Part shown: positions 1-13,737 of the stretch, in pieces | How positions within the stretch are numbered: position 1 is the stretch's first letter | Layout: each line of letters starts with the position of its first letter | Assembly (NCBI GenBank): GCA_964016885.1 | Contig: OZ024741.1 | Coordinates: 105,772,001-105,836,000 of the forward strand | Direction: 5' to 3' | Length of the DNA stretch: 64,000 nt | DNA from: Eledone cirrhosa | Lineage: Eukaryota | The notes under the pieces: model-generated | The model's database searches: none | What the model saw: the letters and a program-made list of their open reading frames with translations, nothing else | Told to the model about the DNA's origin: nothing | Position numbers and translations under genes: made by a program

Positions 1-160
1 GTGGATGCGAATTTTAAAAAGCAAAATTTTGTCCCTGAGACGAAGTATCTCACACATCGCAGTCGTTATGAAATGCAACATAGAGAGCAACTTCACACGA
101 CACCAGGAAGACCTAAAAAAAGTTAGAGAGACGATTTGGAGATAGTAAAAATTTAAAACT

Positions 161-2820
161 TTGAACTCCAAATTACACCAGTTGAAACAACAACTCACAG
201 TTACAACAGAAAGACTAAAATATAAGTCAACAGCACATAAACGACAAGTGCTAAATAGATTGTTTGCCAGAGATCCTAAATCAGTTTATCGCAGCTTCGG
301 TGGCAAAAGCTCAATCCCTGTAAATGACACCCCTTCAAAAGAACAGGTTGAGAGCTACTGGAGATCTGTATGGGAAACGGATGACGGATTCAACAGACAA
401 ACTAATTGGCTAAAAGAACTGGAACAGGACTACTGCCAACATGTCCAGACAAAACAATATGACATAGATGGATCAATACTGGAAACAGCTCTACAGAAAA
501 TGTCGAATAGGAAATCGCCAGGCCCAGACCTCATTACAGGATACTGGTTGAAGAATTTCACTTTCTATCGGCAAGATCTCATACGGCTGTTTACAGAAAC
601 CATTAAAGGCACACAAGAACTGCCCAGATGGTTATCAACTGCCACTACTCTCCTCATTCCCAAAAATAGCCAAACCACCCTTGCTAAAAATTACCGCCCA
701 ATAGCCTGCCAAAACATCATGTATAAATTATATACTGGGTGCCTTAACCTGTTCTTACAGGATCACTGTGCTACCAACAACATCATAACACCTGAGCAAG
801 CTGGTAGAAAGAGGGAGGTGTGGGGTTGCATAGATCACCTACGAACTAACAAAATGATTCAGGAAAAAACAACAAAGAATCGCAGAAACATGACTGTGGT
901 GTGGCTGGACTATCAAAAAGCATTTGATAGTGTACCTCATGAGTGGATTATTAAGGCTTTACAGTTAGCTAAAGTCCCACAACCATTGGTAGCTGCTGTT
1001 GAACGCCTGACCAAGAACTGGTACACCAATTTGATCCTTAGAGGTGAGAAGGAGCAAGTTAAGACTGATAAGATACATTACCAGAAGGGCATCTTTCAGG
1101 GTGATAGCTTGTCAGTGCTACTCTTCGTTCTCTCACTGAATCCACTATCTTACCTACTCAGGAAACAAGGTGGACAAAGAAGTGGGCCCAGAAGTATCTC
1201 CCATCTTTTCTTTGTTGACGACCTGAAGTTGTATGGGCCAAATATCAATGACATCAAGAAACAATTGGACCTCATTACACAATTTTCAACCGACATCAAA
1301 ATGAAATTTGGTGAGTCCAAGTGTGCATATTTGGCAGTAAAACGTGGAAGAGCTGTGCCCTCCTCTAGAAATCTAGAGATGAACGGTCTGACAATACAAC
1401 CTCTACAGTCAGGTGACAACTACAGATATCTTGGACAGGATGAGAATGTCAGATATGATGGACCCATAAATAAGGAGAGAACCAGAACTGAATACCTCAG
1501 AAGAGTAAAGAAAATATGGTCATCAGAATTGTCAGCGTACAACAAATACATTGCCCACAATACTTATGCTGTGCCAATTCTAACGCCAACATTTGGCCTG
1601 CTGAACTGGTCATTGCAAGAACTAAGTGAGATGGATGCTAGAACTCGAAAACTTCTCAGTGTTACTGGGAACTTTAACATCAATGGTGATGTGGATAGGC
1701 TATACTTCTCACGCAAGGAAGGTGGCCGGGGTCTAAAATCAATATTAACAACATATGAGACCCGGATAGTAACACTGAAGCAACACCTTCAACAGAGGAA
1801 AAAGGTTGGCAACCATCTTGCCCAGGTTTATGAGCATGAAAAAAAATATTATTAGAATAGCGACTGATCTGGAGGAGAGATATGGAATAAAGCCTGATAT
1901 AAATCTCTCACCCAGAGAAATCGGAAGATCCTATTCAATGTTCAAACAAGATAAAAAAATTGACCAATTTACAGAAAAAGTTGTGCATGGATACTTGAGG
2001 CGTAAAACACAGACCATAGAGGGGATAAACCACTCAAAAAGCCTGGCATGGAGTTCCGACAAGTTTATGACATCACACCTTGAGGGATATCTCTATGCAA
2101 TACAGGAACAAGAACTCTCTACCAAATATCTGCTGCACAAAAGAGGAGGGCCAGCAGCTGACAATAAATGTAGGCTATGTAAAACAAAGATCGAGGATGT
2201 AAGCCACATTGTTGCCAGCTGCAAAAGAATGTCATCTCACTACTACCTCCCCATGAGACACGATGGGATAGCTAGAACCATCTGGAACGCACTTTGGAAA
2301 ACACAATTAACAACAAACGAGGAAGAATATATTGAGACAGATGGCACTAAGGAATACTGGTGGAACCTGAAAATAAAAACTGCCACCAAATTAAAGCACA
2401 ACCGGCCTGATATTGTTGTTTGGGACCACACATTGAAAACGTGTTCTGTTGTGGAGATCAGCTGCCCACTTGATGTAAACGTTGTCAGAAAAATACAGGA
2501 GAAGGAGGACATCTACGGACCATTGATGAGGAGTTTACAAATCCAGTATCCAAGATACACCTTTAGCTTCATACCCATCATTATTGGAGCTACGGGTTAT
2601 ATACCAACCCGCTTGGACCAAAGTATGACTGAACTTGGATTTGCGGACAAAAAGCGCAGCTCCCTAATTCATAGTCTGCAAATGGCTGCGATAGCTAGCA
2701 CCTTCAAAATTTGCAAAACATTCTTGCGATTCAAGGGATGACAATTTCTTTTCATTTACAACCTTGCCACCAGGAAGGTGGCCGGTCAAAAAAATATACT
2801 CGAAATTAAGAGAAAGAGAT
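161..2820 (+). mobile_element. R4/Dong-like non-LTR retrotransposon (RT + CCHC + restriction-like endonuclease), one frameshift, 5' end not resolved
   Basis: ORF 161-1855 has RT motifs (KSPGPD, NYRPIAC, LDYQKAFDSV, GIFQGDSLS, FVDD, YRYLG, LYFSRKEGGRGL). ORF 1806-2741 has CRLC..HIVASC, RHD and the RLE motif RPDIVVWD..VEIS..K. The frameshift lies in the A-run near 1839-1846. A short 3' UTR ends in (CATA)n at about 2821-2842. Confidence 0.9.
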
Positions 2821-3235
2821 AACATACATACATACATACATACTTGATGATGATGGCTGCCCTCTCGTTATCGAGTATGGTCATTGCGCGATATAACCTT
2901 ATTAATAATTATCAATTAATGCTATCGTGCAATGCCTGTGCGTGAAGATTTTTTTAAAGTGATGAAAGACTGTGCACTGAGCCAATCCCACTCTCTGAGC
3001 GACAGTAGCTATAACCCCAAAAGAAGAAAAGATCAACGTCATCGGTAACTACTGAGCCGCAGGTTTTATGTCGGAGTTATCCCAGTTTCATCAGTTGCTT
3101 TCTAGAAGAATGCCCTGACAAAGGCTGCGGGTCCTTCACTCCCAGCGGTTTAACCGCGCGATCGGGTATCCAGCCCGATTATTTCTGTTCCCGCGCATAT
3201 ATATATATATACATACACATGCATACATGTATATA

Positions 3236-3700
3236 TGTAACGAAGGGCATTAGTGGTGGTTGTTAGATGAAATAACAAGAATAGCTGATTTACTTTATAT
3301 TTAAAAAGGTTTACTTCACTTCAGTCAAAAATAACAATAAACAAGTTACCACGAGTCGCGAAGGTTGACGATGTTATTTTGTTGTTGGTTCATGAGGCTG
3401 GTGTAGTCTGAGACCAGGAGAGGGAGAGAGAGAGAGAGAGAGAGTAATGGTCTGTGGTTGTCTGTAGACCTCTGCGGCCTGTGGGTAGAGGTGAATCTTT
3501 ACATAACTATTCCATATCGTAATGCTCCGATCTCTCTGTGTCAAACGTGGGATGATACAGGCTTTATATACCTGTCGCTTCCTGTCTCCCACCTTGAGGG
3601 ATCGCCCACGCATGAACCTGTCCATGCCGAAAAGGATGGTGACCTAGAATTTGACTTTTAGGTGTCACCCAGGGTTCAAGGCGTGGACAGATTTCGCTAC

Positions 3701-3701
<1 letters not shown>
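3236..3701 (-). mobile_element. Probable solo LTR inserted in a (TA)n tract
   Basis: 466-bp segment bounded by TGTAACGAA...TTCGCTACA (TG..CA with imperfect inverted termini) and flanked by ATAT on both sides. There is a TATA-like TATATAAA on the minus strand near 3563-3570. Confidence 0.6.
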
Positions 3702-3796
<95 letters not shown>

Positions 3797-3950
3797 TCAT
3801 ATATACACTTGCATATATATACACTTGCATACATGTATATACATATTTACACATTTTTAGATGGCCGTTGACTCTTATGAGTTCTTCCGACTTTTGTCAG
3901 GTTTTGTTTTTTGTCTTACAGGGTGTCCAAAATCCTCCTCCTCACCAAGT

Positions 3951-4184
<234 letters not shown>

Positions 4185-4501
4185 ATACAAACCCTAAATA
4201 GTGAAAGATAGTCATTAATTACTATCTTATTACCAGTAAGATAAATAGCTCAATGTAATAACATCGGTTGTTTTACAGAGCAGTTATATAGAGATTACAA
4301 TAATCAAAGTTCAGTTTAAATCATTTATTTGCTTACAATTGTTTCCTCCAAACCGAGGTTTGAATTCTTCGGAGCAACTATTTAGTGATCTATAACATAC
4401 TTGACCTCCTTTTCAACACAAGAGACATATAAAAACATATGCACATATTGATCAACAGTGGGATGACATCCATTAAAATGATATAGCATGGCAATTTACA
4501 T

Positions 4502-4775
4502 ATAAAAATAAAAATAAAAATAAAAATAAAAATAAAAATAAAAATAAAAATAAAAATAAAAATAAAAATAAAAATAAAAATAAAAATAAAAATAAAAATT
4601 TAAAAAAAAAAAAAAAAAATAAAAAAAAAAAATAAATAAAAATAAAAAATAAATAAAAAAAATAAATAAATAAAAAATAAATAAAAATAAAAATAAAAAT
4701 AAAAATAAAAATAAAAATAAAAATAAAAATGAAAATGAAGCGTTGGCAAAATAAAAATGAAAATGAAGATAAAGC
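4502..4775. repeat. (TAAAAA)n simple repeat
   Basis: Directly visible hexamer array with A-rich interruptions. Confidence 0.95.
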
Positions 4776-5364
4776 AAGAGGAAAGTTTAGAGTAGTCAGT
4801 GTATGAAACAATCTCACGTGTAGCATGCACGCGTGTCTTATTTATACAGGATTAGAGTGCGTCAGAATGTTACTTGCAGGGTCAGGCAGTTGAAGCAGGC
4901 AATCGATATTATTATGTGGGCTGAATTATTAAATCATTTTTTCGCATACACCTGTATGATATACAGTCCCGAATGTAGAGAAACACCAAAATATCAAAAA
5001 TATCAAACATATTATAAAACATAATATATCGTAGGCAAAACAGTACCACTGTCTTCGCGCACACCACCACTCACATAATCCATGAGACGCAATATATAGA
5101 CCACGGGTCTATCATATAATTCACGATGGTTCGGCATATAACCAAGTTATAAACCGTATCTTGTCGATTCTTAATTAATAGATCATGTTGTTTAGTTTTG
5201 TGTGATGATATTATATTCCGGAAGTGTGTGTGTGACCAAGGGGAGTTAATGCGTAAGGGGAGGTAACTAGCTGGTTTTCTTAGTTAAATTTATCATCCTA
5301 AATTACATTAATGGTGTTTCAAATAAGTGCCTATCATATGCTGCTATAACTAATTTCTAGATTA

Positions 5365-6022
5365 TGTTACTTATCTATAGGTTACAGTGTTGTCTATTAA
5401 GAAGTACTAAAGGTGTATACATCAGGATGATTACCTTCTATTAAGGGGTGTCATATCTGAACATTCTATAAGAAGAGTCAAACCCCCAAATCAATGTTCT
5501 TTGTAAGTGTAATTCCTCCCGCAGGACCTGGCATGGTCCTATTATTATATATGTCTCCCGGTAAGCTCTGGGTCATTGTATGTCTGAATCCTTGGTAAAT
5601 CCGGATATCTCCATGGTGGTCTGGAGATCAAATTTCTCATATAAAGACACCAGTCTGGCCATCAAGCAATACATAAACTCCCATCTCATATATAAATTAA
5701 ATTAGGTATCTTATCTACAAATTAGAGTGGAGTCTATTAATAAGTACTAAAGGAGTTCATATCATGATGATTACAATCTAATATGGAGTGCCACAGCTGG
5801 ACAATCTATAAGAAGAGTCAGACTACAAAATTAATTATATGGGTCTCACTACTAATAAGGGTCTTATTACTAATAATGGTCTTATTACCATACAAGACTC
5901 CCGGCAAGTTTCGGGTCATTGTATGACTGCATCCCCGGTAAGTTCACCAGGGTGGTCCGGGGACCCGTTCTCTCACCAAAAGATACTAATCAGGTCATCA
6001 AGCAACACAGAAACTCCTAACT
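5365..6022. repeat. Diverged ~340-bp tandem duplication, possibly the 3' repeat region of the adjacent Penelope element
   Basis: ctattaa.aagtactaaagg...ctataagaagagtca occurs near 5394 and 5733. ctcccgg.aag...gggtcattgtatg...catcaagcaa.aca.aaactcc occurs near 5555 and 5898. Confidence 0.7.
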
Positions 6023-6381
6023 GATGTATCACCTGTGCATAATTTATTGTACTGATCGTATAGAATATATAGTCACTTAACAATAAGATTACTTACTTAG
6101 TCATCAATCTATCTCATGGTGGCACTCTATGCACAGGACTATGTTAGCACAACCAATACCGTGTCTACAGTTTATATTAATCATATATTTGTGCAATGCA
6201 GTTTAAGTAATCCACGGCCGAGCTATCAGAATCAGAAGTACATGGGGGTATCCCCAGGGTAGATGGTGCTATAATGCTGCCAGTATTACCTTTAGAGTAT
6301 ATAAATGAGTGTGGAGGTGAGGTGTAAGGTATGCTACTGATGCTAATTGCTAGGGGTGGTGACTTTTCCAGTCTGACATTG

Positions 6382-7852
6382 TTATATATAGGGTTTAAAG
6401 TTTTGGAAAGAGTGTCGGAAGCGGTGTTGGCAAGATGCGAACATTTCTGATTTTTTATTAAGGATATTATGGTTAGAGAAGATGATAGCATGGGTCCCTA
6501 GTAGACAGAGGTTACAAAATTTATTAGGTGGTTTGTACGATGTTGCACTACCTACCACTTCCCATTTAAGTGTATATATTTTATTTTTAGTTTTTAGATA
6601 GTGTATGTTGCTAGATAGTGAAGTGGAGTTGGCTAGACTGTGTTTTTTGAAAGAGTGGAGGTGTGAATTGTATCTAGTTTTGAAGCAGTTAGAAGTAGAG
6701 CCTATATAGGTTTCAGAAGAGTTGTTAGTTGTGACTGTACATGAGTATATGATATCCTTGGTTAAGCATTTTTTATCTAAAGGGCAGGTTCTATTTGATC
6801 TACAGTTACAATTATTCTGGGTGTTAGTCTGCCGGTTACTATGCTGTGTAGAAGTTTGGATGTTAGCTATAGGGTTATGGTTATGTGGGTTGTCGTTCGC
6901 AGCGTTAATGTTTACACTAGTACTAATACTATTATTTCTATTGATATTATGGTTAGTTGCTATAATGTTATTTTGAATGTTATTTTGAAGGTTTATCGTC
7001 TGTTGTGATTTAGTTTGTTGGAAGTAAGAATTAATTTTTCTTTTATTGCTACTAGCTATGTGGTGTGCTAAGTTAGGCGTAGTAGAGTATGAGATTTTAA
7101 TAGTGTTTTTGTTTAAAAGGCTATGGTACCTGTGGCCAGATGGGAAGTGTTTATCCACTAGTGAGAAGAAAGCCCTAGGTATGTTGGTAGAGACGTTTAG
7201 ATTGAAAGGAGGGTTGAAAAATGTATTATTTCTTCTTCTATTTCTGTTTTTTATGTCTGGTGATTTGTTTCCTTTAATGTTACTATGGTAATTTCTGTGG
7301 TGTAGGTTACTTTTGTTGTTATCATCTCTATTAGTGTGTGTGGTTGCTATTCTTATTATTAAGTTTTCTCATGGACATGTGTGAAATAATGTTGTAGCTA
7401 TGCGTTTTTGTAGGTAGGAACTCTATCCCTGTATTATGTCCTGATCTAATGCCTGATTATAATACTGCGAGTTATTGTTAAATGTGTTTATGTCATAGGA
7501 TAGATTAGAGATTCTATTAGATACTCCCTTAGAGATAGAGTTTAATATAGATCTAGGGGGGTTAGACTTGGTATCTACGTAGATGAGTTTTTCATTAGGT
7601 TTGTGGAAAGGTGTATATATCATTGAGTCTAGGTAGAGTATGGCGTCTAGGAAGTTGACGTTTTTGGTTATAGTTTTTGAATGTTTTGTGCAATAGTTTT
7701 CTAGTTCTTTCTATATTGAATTTTTTATAATCTATAAGTAGAAGTGCATCGTCGCGATACAAACCACCGCTGAGGTAAGGAAGGTCCCTATGGATTTGGT
7801 TAAGTAAATATAGGCCTACTAAATCAGCATGCCTTTCTAGCATGATACCCAT
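6382..7852 (-). mobile_element. Penelope-like element, degenerate RT C-terminus plus GIY-YIG endonuclease
   Basis: Fragments GLYRDDAL, PFHKPNEKLIYVDTKSN, IKISYSTTPNL, CNCRSNRTCPLDKKCLTKDIIYSC, YIGSTSNCFKTRYNSH and LNKKSEMFASCQH are typical of PLE ORFs. Several frameshifts. Confidence 0.9.
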
Positions 7853-8465
7853 AATTTTGATTTAGATTAAATTCACTTTGATTTATCTTAATTTTGGATA
7901 TAGATATATAAATACGGCTCCTTAATTGTAGAGCTAACTCTGTTGAAAGGACTTGACAGCTGTTTCTAGTTGTCGATAACCCTATTCACGCCACTGGGAC
8001 GAAGCTGGTATGATGTGTGTATTTTTAGTAGATACAGCACGTGTTACTGGCCAGTCGCTGATTTGAACTTAATGCGTAAACACAGATGGCTGGATTTCTT
8101 CCTTGTTAAAAATCCAAGTATCGGCCTCCGTGGTTTACCATTCGATTAATTGGTGAAATATATTTCTTCAATGGAATATATACAGGGAAGATTAATCATA
8201 TAAGGTATCTATTTTTGAAGTTCTAGTTAACTTTATTTAGTTACCTACCTAGCTATGTGTGCTTACACACTTGTAAAAAGTATCCCCTGTGATTGTTTCA
8301 TATGTTTATTTATATGTTAATCAATTTCTAGTTGTTATAAAATGCTCTGACCTATTCATTAGAATCGTGGAGCTTATTTTACGGGTGATATGGCGCATGC
8401 CTTTCTGGCATGACATCCATAATTTTGATTTAGATTAAATTCACTTTGATTTATCTTAAGTTTGG

Positions 8466-8470
<5 letters not shown>
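7826..8470. repeat. ~570-bp segment bounded by a ~75-bp direct repeat, abutting the Penelope 5' break and ending in (TA)n
   Basis: gcatgcctttct.gcatga...taattttgatttagattaaattcactttgatttatcttaa.tttggatata occurs near 7827 and 8396. Confidence 0.7.
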
Positions 8471-8498
<28 letters not shown>

Positions 8499-9079
8499 TA
8501 ACAGATTAAAGTTTAAGTAAAGAATCGCTGCTTTCACCCTTAACGGGATCTTCTGAAACTAAAAAGATCAATCTGTGAACGCAGAAGTAAATATTAGGTG
8601 TATACACACACCCTATATATATATACACATATAGCGTCATAGTGTCTTAATGCAGACAGCTAGACATACAGACAGATATTATAAGGCGCAACGTTATATC
8701 TATGTATCTATCTAAAAAGAAAGACTAAGAATTATAGAGAGAGATCGCTAAATCGCGTAATGCCTAAGGCATTGAAAATTTGGAATATCTTTTGCTCAAA
8801 ACACTCACAGGACCATAAGTATTACATGTTTAAAGTTTGAAAACAATCGGTTGGGTGGTTCTCGAGTTTTAGGGAGTCAGACAGACAGATATTCTCTGTT
8901 TTAGATATATATATATATAACATAGAAAATATATATATAGCTCTGACAGTTGGCAGGTGAACAGTGAAGTGTACTGATGACAGGTAATACCCAGAAACAT
9001 TAGTGTCTGCAGTTCTGTTTACATGCCAACACAAGAGCAAGAATGAGGGGCTCATTCTACTGACATGGCTTTAAAAACA

Positions 9080-9415
9080 ACGAACAGCAGAGGTCACGTA
9101 TCGCTCCTATCCGACAGATAAACCCCCCCCCCCCCCGGAAAACCCCCCAGTTGATGGATGTGAATCCGAAATATAGGGACAATTAAATCTCTCCCAAGGA
9201 AACTTTATTTCGTGTTATTATTTTTATTTTTTACGCTCTTTCCTACGTTCTTCTACACACTATACATCTCAATCTACATTCACTTACATCTCTCTCTTCA
9301 CCACCGGATCTTGTTACCCGGAGAATTACCCATCTGCATTGTTGAGGCTTCCAAAACGACCTAAAGAAAATATATCTTATTATTTCACAATGCTTCAAGC
9401 AAACTTCAATACTCT

Positions 9416-9420
<5 letters not shown>
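9080..9420 (+). mobile_element. Single-arm copy of the non-coding family that forms the 27.65-28.91 kb palindrome
   Basis: Matches about 28565-28908 (cgaacagca...ccgacagataa...gttgatggatg.gaatccgaaatataggg...aatactctcttatat) and ends in (TA)n. Confidence 0.85.
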
Positions 9421-9462
<42 letters not shown>

Positions 9463-9550
9463 TAAAATTGCCCTACGGTTCTTATATATTTGATATATAT
9501 TTATCCTTATCGAGCCCTCTTTGGATTTTAGTCTTCAAATTTATTATTAT

Positions 9551-9587
<37 letters not shown>

Positions 9588-10007
9588 CAAGTTCTAGCAA
9601 ATAGAGAAAAAGTTTTAAAATAAATTTTAAAAAATTCGCTGTACTTACTATATGTGCCTTTACCGCGGTTTCATGCTCCAGAATAAACGGAAAATCCAAG
9701 CGGATTTTCATTGAGAAGGGAGCAATCTTCAGAAGGTTCTTCTCCCTCGGAGAATATAAAATTCCCGAGTTCAAATCACAAACTGACGCCATACAAAACC
9801 ATTCCCAAATGAGAGCGGATGATGAAACAAATAATTCTGTCTGGTGCCGTGTGCAAAGACAAAAGGCAGGATGGACAGGTCAATGTCCTGCCACTAGAAA
9901 TAGCAGCAGTCCAACCGGCCAAAATGTTATCTCTACCTTAAATAAATGAATTCCTACGTGTACAAAATACATATAGGGAAACAAGTATTATCCAACCGTA
10001 TATAGGG

Positions 10008-10150
<143 letters not shown>

Positions 10151-10550
10151 GGGAGAATGAGGTGGTGGGAAGCAAGATACCTAGCGTTTAAAAATTGTTG
10201 GTAAAGGAAAGTTTGGCAATTCTTATATTTGAAACCATTTCAGTCTATTTCTTAAAACCATGTACAACCTATTTTATCTCTGTCGTTTCTATAAACTTTC
10301 ATCTTTTGATCGTCTGCCAACTCGGACATTCTTTCAGAGCATGTGAGTGTATGTTTGTCAGTGCGTGTGCGTGCATAAATATATGTATGTGTGCGTGTAT
10401 ATGTGTGTGTATGTCTACGTGTGTGTGAGTGTACATGTGTGTGTGTGAATGCATTTTTTTTTTAAATCTAGCATCGTTTTTATCAATATATGTGTGCGTG
10501 TTTGTGTGGCCGTGTGTATCCGGTGTAGGATCGAAATATATATATATATA

Positions 10551-10815
10551 CGTGGGAAAGTAAAAAATCGGAGAATAGACCGTTAAAACATGTTTATTTA
10601 AAACAGCACCTACGTACGTTTCGCCCAGTTTTAACGGTCTATTCTCCGATTTTTTACTTTCCCACGTGCTTACGCTCTGCTAACTCTCTAGCCCACTAAA
10701 TATTAACACTTCGAATATTTAATACTGCCGGCACTAGTATCGAGCACCTTTGGCATACGCTACTTGGCAAATAACTATATGTATCTCCTTTTTTTCCTCT
10801 TTCTCGATACGTAAA

Positions 10816-10820
<5 letters not shown>
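10551..10820. repeat. Fold-back insertion in (TA)n with ~38-bp inverted arms and a 3' half-hammerhead in the loop
   Basis: cgtgggaaagtaaaaaatcggagaatagaccgttaaaac pairs with gttttaacggtctattctccgattttttactttcccacg. The minus-strand loop reads GGGC-GAAA-CGTACG-TA-GGTG (10607-10628). Confidence 0.7.
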
Positions 10821-10893
<73 letters not shown>

Positions 10894-10895
<2 letters not shown>

Positions 10896-10946
10896 GATTC
10901 TACAGGACTGGAACTGTTTCATTCTTTAGAAATCATCAGGAATCCC
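10894..10946 (-). ncRNA. Type I hammerhead ribozyme motif within a ~105-bp palindrome (10890-10995)
   Basis: Minus strand reads GGGATTC-CTGATGA-TTTCTAAAGAAT-GAAA-CAGTTCCAGTCCTG-TA-GAATCTC. Stem I is 7 bp with one G-U, stem II is 3 bp with a U-U closing pair, stem III is ACAG/CTGT, and the cleavage triplet is GUA. Confidence 0.75.
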
Positions 10947-11083
10947 TGATGATTTCTAAAGAATGAAACAGTTCTAGTCCTGTAGAATCTCATCTATATT
11001 AAAACTTTTATACTCTGCAATGTATTGAGTACCTTACTTACTGTAGTTATCTCCGATTCAACCCGGAATAACGTACCTTTTAG

Positions 11084-11129
<46 letters not shown>

Positions 11130-11989
11130 TTATATACTTTTTTTTCTTCTAACTTTGATTTTGTACCTAATTGTGTATGGTTGACGATATATTTAATCGA
11201 TTTCCACGTGTTATTAGAAATGGTGGGTAAATATTCTATAGCTGTTGATCGCGGATAGATAGCTGTCGTTTATTTATCTATTATTTCTTCATAGGTACCT
11301 TTTAATCTTATAGCCTTGTTTAATTGTTTTTTGTGTGGTTGATTATGCTGATTGGGAGAGGAAATAATGTATATATTTTATCAAATGATTCTATGGACAT
11401 ACTTTATTGTATATATATATATATATATAACGGCGATGAATTAGTTTTATCAAATCGTGTGTCGAAACAAATATTGTTATACTTGGGGAGGGTTATATTT
11501 GTGTAATATTGCCAGAATTAATAACAGAACACACTCACTGTTTGGTTGGTTTTCGCTTTTCGCTTCTGTGTCTTTTATATCGGTAATCTAATTTATTCGG
11601 TCCTCAATGTTGCCATTGACTGACCGACGGTCAAAAATAATACAGATACAATATAGACACAAACACATATATATAGTTTATCAAAGTTCTTTCGTTGCAC
11701 ATCTGCAACATCGTCAGTGGTGCTATTGCTTCCTCCCGTTACATTGTATGTCTACGCCATTTTTATTTAGTCTGTCTATATATTTATTTATTTATTTATT
11801 TGTTTGTTTATTTTATTCTGTCTTCTTTGCGCATGCGTTTGCGTGTGTGTATAGTGTTTTGTTTGATGTGTGTTCGTGATTGGGTGACTGTGTATCGGTT
11901 AATGCATTCTATCTTTACTAGTGTGTGTTTATATGTGTTTGTTGTTATTGTGCTTGTGTATGTATTTATTTATTTATTCATCTATTTAT

Positions 11990-12530
11990 TTATACTTCTC
12001 TTAGGTCAGTGTTGTTTGTTTGGGTGTTGTTGTTATTCCATTCATTCTTTCTGTTTAGTCTTGGCCTTCTAAGTTCTATTTCACTGGCCTCTATGATTTG
12101 CCTATCTGCTGGGTCATTTCTATGTTTAGATATTATTCTAATTTCTATGTTGTCTATGTTACCGTCGTGTTGTTGTCTGGCATTTCCGTATAGTACTGAC
12201 CCGTTTTTTCGTCCTTTTAGTTCCCCCCAGTGTTGGTCTATCCTTTCACCTATGCTACGAGCTGTCTCGCCTATGTATGTTGTTGTCATGTTTCTGCAAG
12301 TACCCTCTGTACATCTTATGCTATAGACTACGTTTCTAGTTTTACAGTTTATCCGGGGGTTTACCTTACATATGATACATTTCCTATTAGTACAGTGGGT
12401 TTTCTTAAAAGGGTAGGTTTTGCTGATCAGGGATTTTATGGTGGTTCCTGGCTTTTCTACCACCTTAATCTTTAAGTGGGTCTTTCTCAGGGCATTTCTA
12501 CACTGGTTAGCTAATTTCCCTCCAGGGGTT
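11990..12530 (-). mobile_element. Penelope-like GIY-YIG endonuclease fragment
   Basis: VEKPGTTIKSLI, CTNRKCIIC, CKTRNVVYSIRC, YIGETARSIGERIDQH, RQIIEASEI and LNRKNEW. Confidence 0.88.
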
Positions 12531-12619
12531 AGTATTGTTAGTTGTGGGGTGGGCGGTGAAAAGGAGGAGTGTGTTAGTGGTGTTAGCGGGGGATATGCGG
12601 GGGGGGGGGCGGTCGAAGG

Positions 12620-12878
12620 CTAAAGGAATAGGGTGGGGAGTTCAGGCCGGGGGGAGTGTGGGTCTGTAGGGTGAAGATGGTGCGATGTTCGACTCTGAGG
12701 CGAGTGGCGCGTGTTCCGTGGCATTGGTGTAGGCCACAGACTGTGAGGTGGTGCGCGGAATGTCCAGGGGAGCCAAATTGGCGGGCGATGGGGGAACTAC
12801 CGCCGAGACGAATATCCCGGAGGTGTTCGGTGAAACGGTCCGCCAGGTGACGTCCAGTCTGTCCGACGTAGGTTGCGA
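12620..12878 (-). mobile_element. Second, different Penelope-like GIY-YIG fragment (GC-rich), truncated at (TA)n
   Basis: YVGQTGRHLADRFTEHLRDI...RLRVEHRTIFTLQTHTPPGLN. Confidence 0.85.
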
Positions 12879-12959
12879 TATATATATATATATATATATA
12901 ACTCCGCCACAGAATTTTGAGTACCTTACTTACTGTGGTTACCCCCGATTGAACCCGGA

Positions 12960-13200
<241 letters not shown>

Positions 13201-13737
13201 GGCGGTATGCCAGATGAGTACTCTATGCTCTTACAGAGCAGAGTATGATAGAATAGAAAACGAATATATATATATATATATATGTATATACATATCTTTC
13301 TCTGCCTCTCTCTCTCTCTATCCGGGAGCTTCCAACTGTAATGGCTGCATTCTTTAAGGGTATGTCAATATTTATTTATAAAACTGCTCTATATTATATT
13401 TTATCTGATGAAAGCACACCATAATTTAACTTGGTGTCCTTGAAATATGTATAATGAAATGAATATGGTTTTATAAATATAGTTTCCATTTGTTAATATC
13501 GTATATATATATATATTTATAAGTTAAAACAATGAAATAAAAAAATCAAGTCATTCGAAATATACTTCACTGCTTTTCTAATGACTTGATTTTTTATTTC
13601 ATTGTTTTAACTTATATTATGACTCTGTTTTCCTTTTAATGTTTTATTGTTTTCCGGGATTCAACATATGGATTACATTGAGTTCTTCCTGCAGACTGAA
13701 CCCCACAACTTACCGTGGATATCTTTGTGTATATATA

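Noticed and set aside
7950-7990. Minus-strand GAAACAGCTGTC half-hammerhead
   Set aside because: There is no CUGANGA strand upstream, so it cannot be supported as a ribozyme.
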